DNA from: Octopus sinensis
Taxonomy: Eukaryota
Reading direction: 5' to 3'
NCBI RefSeq assembly: GCF_006345805.1
Contig: NC_043000.1
Span: forward strand, 92,070,001-92,134,000
Length of the DNA stretch: 64,000 nucleotides
Shown here: piece after piece, positions 22,906 through 37,406 of the stretch
How the letters are laid out: every line of letters starts with the position of its first letter
Position numbering within the stretch: the stretch's first letter is position 1
Notes under the pieces: generated by a model
Told to the model about the DNA's origin: nothing
Databases searched by the model: none
What the model saw: only the letters and a program-made list of their open reading frames with translations
Translations under genes and position numbers: made by a program

Positions 22906-24294
22906 ATATATTGATTGTCAATATATCATATTTCTGAATAAGCACACTCCAAAGTATAAAGCAGTGAAATATTAAATCACAAAAATTAAAGTCTCATCAT
23001 AGAGTGAACAAAGGTTTCGCATCCACGAAAGCCGCAGTCTTGTGGACAGCAGAACAGACACTATAGAAAGACAAGTTTAACTCTTCACCTCTCAGAGATG
23101 GAAAAAATATTACGGTCAATTGGTCAAAAGGCCGTCAGAGAAAGAAGTTTCCAGTGTTGGTGAGGACGGGTTGCCTCCTCTAGACCAGCCAATATTGGGA
23201 AAATAGGGATCTATCTCGTGGTCTGCTAATAAAACGTAGTGACTCTTACGAGCTGAATCAGCGAACGGAGAATCCCAATTTTGCAGCAGGCAACACTTGA
23301 ACTAGATGCATTGTGTGACTATTTCTTGGGTATTCAGAGAACCTAGCTAGTATATCAATAAATAAATATAGTCATATATATGCATATACACATCTGCGCA
23401 CGTTTTTACATATTAAGTAATCATACATATGTGTACATAACCGTGCGTACGATCGTGTAGAGACATAGATGCCCAAAATATTTCACTTTGCAAATGTGAA
23501 ATACATACACATGTACAAATATTGATATAATCATATATTCCTGTGTTCACGGAGACATATATGGATCCTTATGTCCAGACTCATAGAAATGTACATCTGT
23601 AAAACCCTTATGCACGATATGTATAAAGTGATCGTGTATACAAAACTTAATATTAAGACCATTTATATAAATAATTCAAATAATAATTCCAGTTGAATTG
23701 CATAAGCCCATTTAGGCGAATAATTAGGATCTTAGTTTTGAGAACTGGATTTTGTTGTTTGTTGTGCCGTTGTTAACAGTAAAAGATTTTTGACTTTTTA
23801 AAGAATTTTTGTTTTTTTAAAGTATTTTAAAATTCTGAAAACTATGTCTGCATGAGATTATACGTTCCTTCCTTTGATTGATTATCTGTTAGAAGTGTTT
23901 CAAGATTTTCCATCGTGCAAAGTTTACTTTCTGTGTTAACTTTATTTGCTTGCTCTATGACTATAATATTCCATTGCCATTTAGAATCAATACCCCTAGA
24001 CTTCCTATATAGTCTGCTACGATTGTCATATTTCTTAACATTTTTTTGCAACGAAATGTATGTTTGTGCATATTAAAACTGCTCTTAAGGGGTTTGATGT
24101 GGAACATTTATAATATCTAGTATCAGTTTGGGTAATGACATTGCATTTGTAGATTGCATTACGTGGGAAATACTGACCTTCAATGAGGCATTGAATAGTT
24201 CCTACAGTTACAGGTTGGGGAGTTATTCAAATTGAGTCCTGGAGGGTTGAGTAAACTCTCTTTCTCTCTCTCTTACTCTCTATCGTTCTTTCTC

Positions 24295-24338
<44 letters not shown>

Positions 24339-25002
24339 GTAATAAATAAAATATATGCATACATACAAACATATATGTACGTACCTACATATACATGTAT
24401 ATATACATGCATATATAAATATATATACGTGAGTACAGGACACCGCAACTGGACGTAGAACTCAACGAAAAACGAAAACGGACAAGCCATTTTTTTACAA
24501 CAAAAAAACAGAGACGAAACGAAAACGGGAAAAACATTATTTTTTTCAACAGAAAAACAAGGTACAGGACACACCACACAAGGAAAAAAAAACCCAGTCA
24601 TCAGCTGTCACTAGCTAACTCAAGCGTGTTTCGAAGGCAAGACAGGACACGACTCGTCAACTAGTCCTTCACTGCGAGAGAATTAAAATAAAATTGCCTC
24701 GCAGAGGGGCAAAAACAGACAGGAAAAAATGTAACAAGAACGGGATGTAAAAACGATACAAATGAAACTGCAAAATAAAATACAAGATAAAAATACATGT
24801 ACAAGAAAATACAAAACGATAAATAAAAAGCAAATACAATACGAGAAATCAAAAGACAAGAAAACAAACGAGAAAAACAAAACGAAAAAGGCCTTTTTTC
24901 TGGCAAGACGGAGGATGTTGTAGTAGCAGCGCAAGGGAACACGTCCTTTCAGCTTGAAAGCAGGGTCCAAAAGGGAGTGGCCAGGAGTGACGAAGAAGAG
25001 GA

Positions 25003-25034
<32 letters not shown>

Positions 25035-25051
25035 GAAGACAAGCGGCAAGG

Positions 25052-25097
<46 letters not shown>

Positions 25098-25120
25098 CAG
25101 AGAGAGAGAGAAAAAGTGAG

Positions 25121-25242
25121 AGAGACGATACGAAATGGAGCAATTTACAGTGAGAAGTGGAACATTGATCATTATTTAATTAATTAAATAATGGCCAATG
25201 CTCCACTTCTCACTGTAAATTGCTCCATTTCTTATCGTCTCT
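25121..25242. repeat. 122-bp near-perfect palindrome
   Basis: agagacgata..cattatttaattaattaaataatg..tatcgtctct, centre 25181/25182, few mismatches. Confidence 0.9.
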
Positions 25243-25393
25243 ATATATATTAAATCATGGTTTTACTTTTAAATTACCTACTACCATATACCTTACAACA
25301 AGGACCATACATACTGAGGTAATAACAGAAGTGCCTATGGATACATCTATCCCTTAGAAGGTTGTTACATTACTTGTAACTTATATATATATA

Positions 25394-25447
<54 letters not shown>

Positions 25448-25526
25448 AAAACACTTGTGTGTGAAAGAAAATATTTACATATATACCTATATATATGTGT
25501 GTATATATGAGTATGTGTCATAGCAA

Positions 25527-26210
25527 CATCATCGTCGTTTAATGTCTGCTTTCCATGCTGGCATGGGTTGGATGTTTTGACTGATGTCTGGCAAGCCAGA
25601 AGGCTGCACAAGGCTCCACTCCAATCTGGCAATGTTTCTACAGCTGGATGCCCTTCTTAATGCCAACCACTCCGAAAGTGCAGTGGGTGCTTTTTACATG
25701 CCACCGGCACGAGGGTTAGTCAGGCAGTACTGGCATTGGCCATGCTTGAGTGGTGCTTTTTCATGTGCCACTGACACGGGAGCCAGTCAGGTGGTACTGG
25801 CAACAATCATGCTCAAATGGTGCTTTTTATGTACCTTTGATTTGGGTGCCAATCAGGTGGTAGTGTCATTGGCTTGGATGACAACTTCACTTGCCTCAAC
25901 AGGTCTTTGCAAGCAAAATTTATTGCCAAATGATAGAAGGGTACCCTTAATTGGGCTGGTTATGTTGCACTGACATAGGCCACAGTTATGGTCTCACTTG
26001 GCTTGCCGGACCTTCTCAAGCATGGCATATCTCTAAATGTCTCGGTCACTTGTTATTGCCTTGGTGATGCCCAACGTTCAAAGGTTATGCTTTAGCACCT
26101 CAGGTTTTCCTGGGTCTACCTCTTCCACTGGTTCCTTCTACTGCAAGGGTGTGATACTATTACAAACAGCTGTCCTCATCCATATGCAACACAAGACTAT
26201 ACCAGTCCAG
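25527..26210 (-). mobile_element. 3' end of an RTE-clade LINE (ORF2 tail, 3' UTR, (GAT)n end)
   Basis: Minus strand VLHMDEDSC..VEGTSGRGRPRKT..DR.. typical of the RTE C-terminus; ends aaacgacgatgatg. Confidence 0.8.
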
Positions 26211-26336
26211 TCACACACATGCACATACATATATGTATATACATACATACATACATACATAAATACATACATACATACATACATACATACATACATAAAT
26301 ATACATAAATATATGTATATATATATATATATATAT

Positions 26337-28030
26337 CATCATCATCATCATCATCATCATTTAGCGTCCGTTTTCCATGCTAGCATGGGTTGGACGGTTC
26401 AACTGGGGTCTGGGGAGCCCGAAGGCTGCACCAGGCCAGTCAGATCTGGCAGTGTTTCTACAGCTTTCTACAGCTGGATGCCCTTCCTAACGCCAACCAC
26501 TCCGAGAGTGTAGTGGGTGATTTTATGTGCCACCGACACAGGTGCCAGACGAGGCTGGCGAACGGCCACGCTCGGATGGTGTTTTTATGTGCCACCGACA
26601 CAGGTGCCAGACGAGGCTGGCAGACGGCCACGCTCGGATGGTGTTTTTATGTGCCACCGACACAGGTGCCAGATGAGGCTGGCAGGTGCCAGACGAGGCT
26701 GGCAGACGGCCACGCTCGGATGGTGTTTTTATGTGCCACCGACACAGGTGCCAGATGAGGCTGGCGGACGGCCACGATCGGATGGTGTTTGTTACGTCCC
26801 CAAAGCACGGAGGCCAGTCTATGCGGTACTGGCTACGGCCACGTTCGGATGATTTTCTTGTGTGCCACCGGCACTGGTACCACAAAGATACAAATTCCAT
26901 TTATGCTCATCTATTTTGATTTGTTTTGATTTGATTTGATTTTCACTTGCCTCAACAGGTCTTCACAAGTGTCACTTGCCTCAACAGGTCTTCACAAGTG
27001 TCACAAGAAGGAAGGTATGCACAGGTGGACTGTCTACGTCGCCGGGTCTTCGGATGGTGTCTTTATGTGCCACCGACACAGGTGCCAGATGTGGCTGGCG
27101 AACGGCCACGATCGGATGGTTTTCTTGTGTGCCACGCACACGTACTGGAACCACAAAGATACAAATTCCATTGATGTTCATCTATTTTGATTTGGTTTGA
27201 TTTTCACTTGCCTCAACAGGTCTTCACAAGTGTCACGCGTGTCACACACTTGCCTCAACAGGTCTCCACAAGTGTCACACACTTGCCTCTGCCTCTGCCT
27301 CAACAGGTCTTCACAAAGTGTCACACACTTGCCTCTGCCTCAACAGGTCTTCACAAGTGTCACAAGAAGGAAGGTATGCACAGGTGGACTGACTACGTCG
27401 CCGGGTCTTTGGATGGTGTTTTTATGTGCCACCGACACAGGTGCCAGGTGAGGCTGGCGAACGGCCACGATCAGATGGTGTTTGTTGTGCCACAGCACGG
27501 AGGCCAGTCGATGCGGTACCAGCTACGGCCACTTCGGATGGTTTTCTTGTGTGCCACCGGTACTGGAACCACAAAGATACAAATTCCATTGATATTCATC
27601 TATTTTGATTTGGTTTGATTTTCACTTGCCTCAACAGGTCTTCACAAGTGTCACACACTTGCCTCAACAGGTCTTCACAAGTGTTATAAGAGGGAAGGTA
27701 TGCACAGGTGGACTGACTACGTCGCCGGGTCTTCGGATGGTGTCTTTATGTGCCACCGGCACAGGTGCCAGATGAGGCTGGCGAACGGCCACGATCGGAT
27801 GGTGTTTGTTGTGCCCACAGCACGGAGGCCAGTCGATGCGGTACTGGTTACGGCCACGTTTGGGTGGTTTTCTTGTGTGCCACCGGCACTGGTACCACAA
27901 AGAATACAATTCCACTGATGTTCATCTATTTTGATTTGTTTTGATTTGATTTGATTTTCACTTGCCTCAACAGGTCTTCATAAGTGTCACAAGAAGGAAG
28001 GTATGCACAGGACTGACTACGTCCCAGGTA
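26337..28030 (-). repeat. RTE 3' UTR-derived copy with a hierarchical internal tandem expansion
   Basis: (CAT)n end at 26337; about 62-bp units at 26513-26810; about four higher-order units of 270-420 bp up to 28030; about 30-bp cacttgcctcaacaggtcttcacaagtgtca subrepeats. Confidence 0.85.
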
Positions 28031-28309
28031 TATATATATATATAATATATATATATATATATACAATATATATACATACACTCACATGCTGAGTTGGTGT
28101 CTTCCTATATTTGGGTTTCATCTGTATTCACTGAGTCATAAGTTGTAGGTAGTCTGTTCATAATGTGAACACACAAGTGAAAATCCAGAGTAGGAAGTGA
28201 CTAACTTGACCAAAACAAAAATATTAGATATCCCTGCTAAGGTATTGAGCACTCTTTCTTCTATTCCAACAAGCAACACTAAGTGCATATATACATGGAT
28301 ATATATATG

Positions 28310-28340
<31 letters not shown>

Positions 28341-29107
28341 GGACACACACACATGTATATATATATATACATGGACATATATATGTATACACACACATGC
28401 ACACACAAGCATATCACAATAAATAAACTGACAAAACATGAACATAAAAAGAAACATATTTTACTTCACTCTTACAAGCATATATACATTAATAAACATG
28501 CCCATACATGCCATACATACATACATATATGCAAACACACACACACACACACACTCATTACCCATGCAAAGACAAATAGAAGTATCAGCAAATTTAACAA
28601 CAAAGAAGAAAAACTCCCCTTTCAATTACCAGTGGAAATGATAGAAGTCAAGAGTATATTTAAAATGATTTTAGTTACATTAATGCCAGAGAATATTTGC
28701 TTGCATATGGGATTTCCTAGAATATTTTATTTCCTTTTAAATCCCGTTTCTGTACCTAGTCGTGGCAGGGGTATAATTGCAAAAGCCTCTTGATATGTTG
28801 AAAGCTACCATTTTTAATCCAGATAGGTTCATAGCATGTATGTGTGTATTTATGTATGTATGTACAAGTTTATATATATATATATGAGTGTGTGTGTGTG
28901 TGTGTAGATATATATGTGTATGTATATGTATGTGTATATATATATATATATTTGTATTTAAGTATGTATGCATATGTTTTTATATATATTTATAAGATAA
29001 TATATATGCATAAGTATATATATATATATGTATATATGTATATACATATATATATACTGTGTGTTAGTGTATATACATACATATATATAGATGTATATAT
29101 ATACAAG

Positions 29108-29140
<33 letters not shown>

Positions 29141-29404
29141 ATATATGTATGTATACTAACACACATACACGCATGAATATATATATATATATATGCGTGT
29201 GTGTCTGTGTGAATATGCACACATACATAAACACATACATGCACAGGTAAACAAACAGAAAAGTAGTTAACTAGGTTGAATGCTAAATTTATGTATATGT
29301 GTGGAAGATGTGCAGGTATGTGCATGTGCGTTGATAAAAATGACATACTTGCATTCTTATATTTGTATTTGTATTTTTATCATTGCACACATGTTCTTTT
29401 ATTC

Positions 29405-29611
29405 TTTTACATGTCTCGGTTATTTGACTGCAGCCATGCTGGAGCACCGCCTTTAGTTGAAGAAATCGACCTCAGGACTTATTCTTTGTAAGGCTAGTAC
29501 TTAATCTATCGGTCACTTGTTTTGCTGAACCCCCTAAGTGACAGGGACACAAACACACCAACATTGGTTATCAAGAGATGATGGGTGTACAAACAGAGAC
29601 ACAAACAACAA

Positions 29612-29648
<37 letters not shown>

Positions 29649-29810
29649 TATGACAAGCTTCTTTCAGTTTCCTTCTACCAAATCAACTCAAATAAGTTTT
29701 GTCGACCAAAGATTATAGTAGAAGACACTTGCCCAAGGTGCCATGCAGTAGGACTGAACTCAGAACCATGTGGTTGGGAAGCAAATTTCTTACCACACAG
29801 CCACTCCTAT
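29405..29810 (-). mobile_element. SINE family A
   Basis: Reverse complement of the family A consensus with a central (TA)n. Confidence 0.85.
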
Positions 29811-30038
29811 ATATGTGTGTATTTAAAGTTGCTTACATATATGAGTGTGTATGTATTTATCCCTACCTACATGCATATACACATATGCCTAATGATATGC
29901 ATAGGTATATCACACAACACACACACACACATGTGCATACGCACATGCACACATGCATGTATACAGCTTATTGATAAATTATTATCTCTGTGTGTGTGTG
30001 TATGGCTGATTCTAGGTCAATGCTCTCTGAAGACTTAC

Positions 30039-30104
30039 CATTAGCAGTCCCCAGAGTTTCAAACTCTTTAAAGGTAACAGAACCCAAAGCGAAGAGAATT
30101 GCAT
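30039..30104 (-). CDS. Candidate 66-nt host exon (phase 1-1: AILFALGSVTFKEFETLGTAN)
   Basis: Acceptor ttgttcttgttgcag| and donor |gtaagt; open in two frames; protein not recognised. Confidence 0.45.
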
Positions 30105-30409
30105 CTGCAACAAGAACAAGAACAACAACAACAACAACAACAATAAACATCAGGGGCACTAACAAGCTTTTAGTGAAAATAATATAAGCTTTAAAAGAAA
30201 AATAATGCAACTATATTATTATTACCTGTCAATGTTAAGGAACACTACTACTACTATTACTACTACTACTATTACTACTACTATTACTACTACTACTACT
30301 ACTACTATTACTACTACTACTACTACCAGTACCGCCACCACCACCACTACTACTACTACTGTCGCTACTGCTGCTGCCACATTTAATGTTGGTTTCATAT
30401 TTTGGGCCA

Positions 30410-31810
30410 AGGAGAGCTGGTAAGTTGATTACATTGACTCCAGCATTCAACTGGTAATTATTTTAATGACTCCAAAAGGATGGAAGCAAAGTCTACCTTG
30501 GTGGTATTTGAACACAGGACATAAAGCTGGAAGAAATGCTGTTAGGTATTTTTTCCAGTATGGTAACGATTCTTCCAGCTCGCCATGTTTACTAATATTA
30601 GTAGTAAAAATTAGTATCTAACATTAGTAATAAAACTTTGTTTCATATCTTAGCACAAGACCAGGAATTTTAAAGGAGGAAGCTCATTGATTAATCATCC
30701 TCCCCCACTGCACTCGACTGATACTTTTCTTCATTGACACTCAATGGATGAAGTAAGTCAGATTGTACCTTGGCAGGATTTGAACTCAAAATGCAAAGAG
30801 CTGGAAGACATACTGCTAAGCATTTTGTCCAACTCACAAAAGATTCGACAAGCTCGTTGACTTAATCAAAGGATCAAGAATCTTTCTCAAGCCATATACT
30901 CATAAAGCCAGTTTCTTGGATTCTGTGGTTTATATAAATTCCACCCTGGGCTTGGACAGGCACCGGTCCATCACAGGATGATAACTGACTTTTACTAGCT
31001 GAGTGGATTAGAGTCATGTGAAATGAAATATCTTTTCTCAAGAACACAATGCATCACCTGGCCAAGGAATCGAAGCACAATCTTATGATTATGAATGCAA
31101 CTACCTAACCACAAAGCCACATGTCTCCATACTGCCTTTAATACAAGATGCAATAATGATAATTTAAAATTTTTGGTATAAGACCAACAACTAGGGGTGA
31201 AGTTTCAGTCAATTACATCAATCCTAGTGCATGACTGGTACTTCGAAAAATTTCAGCAAGATTTGAGCTTAAGTGATTCTATCAAACCACCAGGCTCACT
31301 GTTGGTTTTTGATTTAGGAACAAATTCAGTAGGGAAAACGATTAGTCCCTTTCATCAACTCCAGTATGGGTCTTGTTCTTTATTTTATCAACTCCAAAAG
31401 GATAAAAGCAAAGTTGACCTTAGCTGGACCTGCTCACAATGTGAAGAACTGAAACACCAACAATTTTAGGGAAAAGGGTTAGTTGATTACATTAACCACC
31501 CAAAAGAATGAAAGGTAAAGTTGACCTTGGTGGCATTTGAATTCAGAAGAGCAAGACAGAAGAAATGCTGATAAGAACTTTGTCCAGTGTCGTAAGGAAT
31601 CTACCAGCTTGCATTATAAATAATAACTGTTTTTAATTTAGGCACAAGGTTAGGAATTTTGAGGACCCAGTCCACACTGTGGCATTAAGAATAGTATCCA
31701 ACAGTAAAAACCATGCCACAACAAACAGTGAAGCTTGGTGCAGTCTCCTTGCTTACCAGCTCCTATCAAACTGTCCAACCCATGCCAGCATGGAAAATGG
31801 ATTTTAAATA

Positions 31811-31842
<32 letters not shown>

Positions 31843-32828
31843 GGCAGCAGTGGTTGTTATCTTTAACCCTAACAGTTGATAAATATTTCATTTCATTGAA
31901 TGAAGAAAGATGAACAGGCAAAGATAATGATCGTAATATTTGAATCAGAATGTTAGAGAACTGTTAGAAACACTGCAAGACATTTTATGCATCACTTTAA
32001 TGATTCTACCAGAATAATGATAAACCATTTCTAGCAATAACAAAGTGCCAAGAAATTGGAGCTGTTGATAATATTGACTTCATAGTTAAGAAGTACTTCA
32101 TTTTTATCCACACAGGAATGCTGAAAGACAAAGCTTACCCTAGTGTGATTTGAACTCAGTACAGTAGCCAGAAGAAATGCTGCAAGGAATTTTGATTGGC
32201 ATTCTGATAATTATGCCAATCTATCGACCTAAGTAATAAATAAAAAAATTAATAATAATAGCAATAATAATTGTTTATTATATGGGTATTTGGTATAGGA
32301 GTTAGTCAATTAACTCAACATTCAGTCTTTGACAGGTGCTTTCTTTTATCAACCCAGAGATGATGAAACCAAGAAGTTGACCTTGGCAGTATTTGAACTC
32401 GAGAACATAAAGACCAAGAACAAATACTGCTAAGCTTTTTCTCTGTGGATGGCAGACATTAAATGATAATGATGATTAACCTGAAAATGTGGAAGTCAAG
32501 CTTGACTTCAGTGGGATTTGAACCAAGCATGAAAAAATGAATTAGAACTATTCTGAACATTTTGACTGACACTGAAGATTCCACAAACGTTTAATTTGAG
32601 CACAAGGCCAACAATTGTGTGTGGAAGGGTTAGTTTATTATATCAACACTAGTACTCAAGGGTATATTATTTTATTGACCCTGAAATTATAGAAAGTAAG
32701 CCAACTTCAGCAGGGTTTGAATTCAGAATGTCAAGAGCTGGAATAAATACTACAAAACATTTCTTTACACATTATAACAATTTTGTCATGTTAATGCTTT
32801 GATGATGATGATGATAATAATAATAATA

Positions 32829-32885
<57 letters not shown>

Positions 32886-34125
32886 TAATAATAATAATAA
32901 TAATAGTAATAAAAAGGGAGCAAGCTGGCAGAATCATTTGCGCGTCGGGCGAAATGTTTAGCAGTATTTTGTCTGCTACTACGTTCTGAGTTCAAATTCC
33001 ACCGAGATCAACTTTGCCATTCATCCTTTCGTAGTTGATTAAATAAGTACCAGTTATGCACTGGGATCAATGTAATAGACTTAATCCCTTTGTCTGTCTT
33101 TGTTTGTCCCTCTATGTTTAGCCCCTTGTAGGCAATAAAAAAATTAATAATAATAATAGGTTAAAGCACCTCAAAAACGTACTAATCGTAAATGCAGATT
33201 TTGTGACACATTTGATGAAATAATAGACCATCTCATTTTAGGATATTCTGTGCTGACACCAAGTGAATACAAAAGTCACCACAGTAGGGTAGAACAGTAT
33301 TTACGAAATCAGCACTCCTACTAACTTGTATGAACATCATCCTGAGCCACTTGTTAAAGGTAAAAATGTTACCAGCCTCTGGGATTTTCCACTCAACACT
33401 GACAGAACTATTTAAGATAATTGACCAGACATAATTATTAAAGAAGGAAAGAAAATACTTGTAGACTAATAGGTGTAAATGTTCCCACTGATAAAAATAT
33501 ATCTGCAAAGGAATTTGACAAATTAAGTAAATATAAGGATCTGGAAACTGAAATACTAAAGATGTGGCATCATAAAGGAAAATCTTTTCTTGTTATTGCC
33601 GGGGACTTAGGTATGATATAAAAAAAAAAGGATGTCAGAAATATTTAGACAACTTCCCAAGAGAACCGTGTCTTGAAGAAATCCAAAAGATTGTGTTGAA
33701 AAGTACTGCTCACATCCTTAGAAAAACCCAATCAATTTAAATGTTTATGTTGTATTATATGGATGTATATCACTACTGCCCTTGCCACTTCCCCTTCCCC
33801 AGCGTTCAGTTATACTGTAACATTTTTTAACCTTCACTTGCCCTAGAGGGTTGGGTGTGTCTCAACAAGGGATTGTAACAAGCATGGAGATTAAAAGTAA
33901 ATAACAGGGGCCTGAAATTTGTAGAGGGGGAGAGCCAATTACATTGATTGCAATGCCCAAATGGGTTTTATTTCATCAACCCCACCACCACCACCACCAC
34001 CACCACCAAAAATGAAAGACTTATTCGACCATGGTGGCATTTGAACACAGAAGACAGATGAAGTAAAGCTAAGCATTTTTTTTTCTGACATGCTGATGAC
34101 TCTACCAGCTCACTGCCTTAATAAT
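30410..34125. repeat. Cluster of old SINE family B (and one family E) copies, mostly minus strand, with one younger plus copy at 32915-33148
   Basis: Repeated aaaggatgaaaggcaaagtcgacc..tttgaactcagaa-like cores near 30480, 30740, 31510, 31910, 32120, 32360, 32490, 32690 and 34010. Confidence 0.7.
33159..33900 (+). mobile_element. 3' fragment of an RLE-type non-LTR retrotransposon (R4/Dong-like)
   Basis: KCRFC..DEIIDHL; LWDFPLNTDRTI..PDIII; VPTDKNISAKEFDKLSKYKDL..W; EIQKIVL..TAHILRK; many stops. Confidence 0.85.
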
Positions 34126-34960
34126 AACGATGATGATGATGATGATGATGATGATGAAGATGATGATGATGATGATGACGACGACGACGATGATGACGAT
34201 GGTGGTGATATTAAAAGTTGATGTTACTAGATTTATTAAAATCAAAATAATTATCATTATTATTATGGTTATCATCATCAGTATTGAGTTTTGGTGTGGC
34301 ATTTCTTTGAAACTTACTGTATTTTCAACTACGTTACACTGCATATACATATGCATAAATTAACACATATCTATATATGTAAATATGCTCAAGTATGTTT
34401 GTCTTTCTACATACATACATATGTATGCATAAAAATGAATTTGTACATATATATATATATATATGTATACACACACATATAAATATAAATATATACATGC
34501 CTGTGTATGTATTAATATGTTTATGTCTGTTAATATCTGTATGTATATAATATATAAATGCACACACATGTATATATATATATATATATATATGTCTATA
34601 TCTATATATCTATATATCTATATCTATATCTATATATATACTTATATATTTTCATATGCATTTTACAAATTTTTTTCATCTACATTCACATTAGTTTCGT
34701 TTTCGCAGCGTTTGACTTAAACATACTCCCTTCGAGGAAAGGGGAAAATCTTCTTTTCACCCCGACCATTCCCATTGCCAAATTCTCCAAGAGTTGAAAT
34801 ATCTTGATAAGATTAACTTTAAATAACTTTTCAAATGTTCTGTGTAGTTTCAAAGGGGATTTACTGTTCTAACATACTCAATTCTCTACTTCGTATGCAC
34901 ATATAATATACAGATTCATGACATAGGCATATCACCGTATAATCTGGCATTAATATCTAC

Positions 34961-35009
<49 letters not shown>

Positions 35010-35172
35010 GCAGTCTGTATGTGAGCCTGCATTTGTGTTTATGGGAATAATTGTGAAAGCATGCACAACTATACATGTATTCTCATAAACATTTATACAC
35101 AAATGATTTGAGTCTTTCGGTTTATACCTATGCATGTATGTATGTATGTATGTATGTATGTATGCATGCATG

Positions 35173-35209
<37 letters not shown>

Positions 35210-35230
35210 GTCTATCTATCTCTCTCTCTC

Positions 35231-35261
<31 letters not shown>

Positions 35262-35281
35262 ATTAATATATAAATATTTAT

Positions 35282-35318
<37 letters not shown>

Positions 35319-35459
35319 CATAAACTATATATATATATACACACACACACACATATATATATATATATGTACATATGCAATAAGGCATTAACATATATAT
35401 ATCAATATACATATGTATATATGTGTGTGTGTGTGTGTGCGGGCATGTGTGCGTATGTT

Positions 35460-35503
<44 letters not shown>

Positions 35504-35887
35504 CAATATATAATGTGTAAAATTATATATATATGTGCATCTATATACATGACTATGAGCAGATATATTTGTGCATGTGTATGTATATATGTGTGTGTAT
35601 GAGTGTGTGTATGTGTATATATATTTATATATTTGTATTTATATATATATACCTTTTTGTCTATATACATATACGTGACTATCTAGTTATAACCTGTAGA
35701 TATCTATGTATATACTAAGATACTAATGCACACCAGCTCTACATATATTAGTCTATCTGATTATGCATATGTATTGCTGGTGTACATATATGTGAGTGTG
35801 TGTGCATGAGTATAAATATATATATATATGCATAGATATATGCATATCATTATACGTATGTATTTATATATATATTTATATTTATAT

Positions 35888-35937
<50 letters not shown>

Positions 35938-36096
35938 CAAATACATACATACTTACATATGCAAACATCTTCTTTGAAATATATATATATGCCTATACAT
36001 ATTGTTTTCTTGAATAGAAACTTAAATATTTCTCGTATTTTACAATCTTGTCTGCATATCTATACATGCATAAAAATGCACGAGTATATGTGAATG

Positions 36097-36136
<40 letters not shown>

Positions 36137-36202
36137 CAGCCATTAGTATTTGTACACAAACCCACATACACACATGCACAGATGTCTATGAATATATGTA
36201 TG

Positions 36203-36263
<61 letters not shown>

Positions 36264-36472
36264 ATATATATATATATATATATATCTATATATATATACA
36301 TATATATATATAGGCAAATACTGTTACAGAAAACCATAAACATATATCTATGTTTTTATAGATACATATATATATATCTGTGCACATTTGGGTATATATA
36401 TATTTATATCTATATCTGTATCTATATTTATCTATCCATTCATCAATGTGTATATATATATATTCACACATA

Positions 36473-36603
<131 letters not shown>

Positions 36604-37120
36604 TATGTATGTAAACACACATGCATACATATTTGTATGCACATATCTACACATATATATATAAATGCATATCATATTTCTTCTTGTATATACCATATAA
36701 AAAAAAAACATAAATTAAAAATGCAGTTACAGAATTTTTTTTGTATAAAGTATGGATGCCAGTTCTGATTACATGTCTGTATGTGTGTTAAGTATGTGCC
36801 TATATAGCTATATGTGACTGTGCTGGTGTATGTATGTGTGTATGTGTGCATGTGTGTCTGTGTATATGTGTTTGTGTGTGAGTATGTGTAAATTTTTACA
36901 TGCTTTTGTTTTTTGCTTTAATGTGCAGTATTTTCTTCTTTAAGTATTTAGATTAGCAATCAGGTCTGATCTTAATGTTTCGTTGCTATAAACGGATTTA
37001 GCTTCAAAAGAATTAACAAAGAAAAAGGGTCACACTTCCACATATACGAACCTATGTACATACACTCACATATATAAGTACATATGTATTTGTGTATGTG
37101 TGATTGTGCATGTGTGTGTG

Positions 37121-37153
<33 letters not shown>

Positions 37154-37406
37154 ATATGTGTTTGATTATGGTGTTTGCTTTCCAACCACATTGTTTCAAG
37201 TTCAGTCCCACTGCTCATCACCTTGGACATCTGCCCCCTATAACTACAGTTCGAAAGGGACTAAAGACTTCTGCATAGATTTGGTAGAGCAGAGCTAAAT
37301 GGAACTTGTCATATATGTATGTATACATACACACATATATATATGAGCATATATGTGAGTGTGTATATAAATATATATATATATTCTAAATATACATACA
37401 CACACA

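Noticed and set aside
23020-23340. GC-richer island
   Set aside because: Stops in all frames checked; no motif or repeat partner seen
24600-24685. Minus-strand GAAGG..CCTTC-GAAAC HHR-like stretch
   Set aside because: Core box and cleavage triplet not identifiable
26390-27944. Repetitive ORFs (ATDTGARRGW, MCHRHRCQ) and a CRISPR-like look
   Set aside because: All frames are open because of tandem repeats; no unique spacers; eukaryotic context
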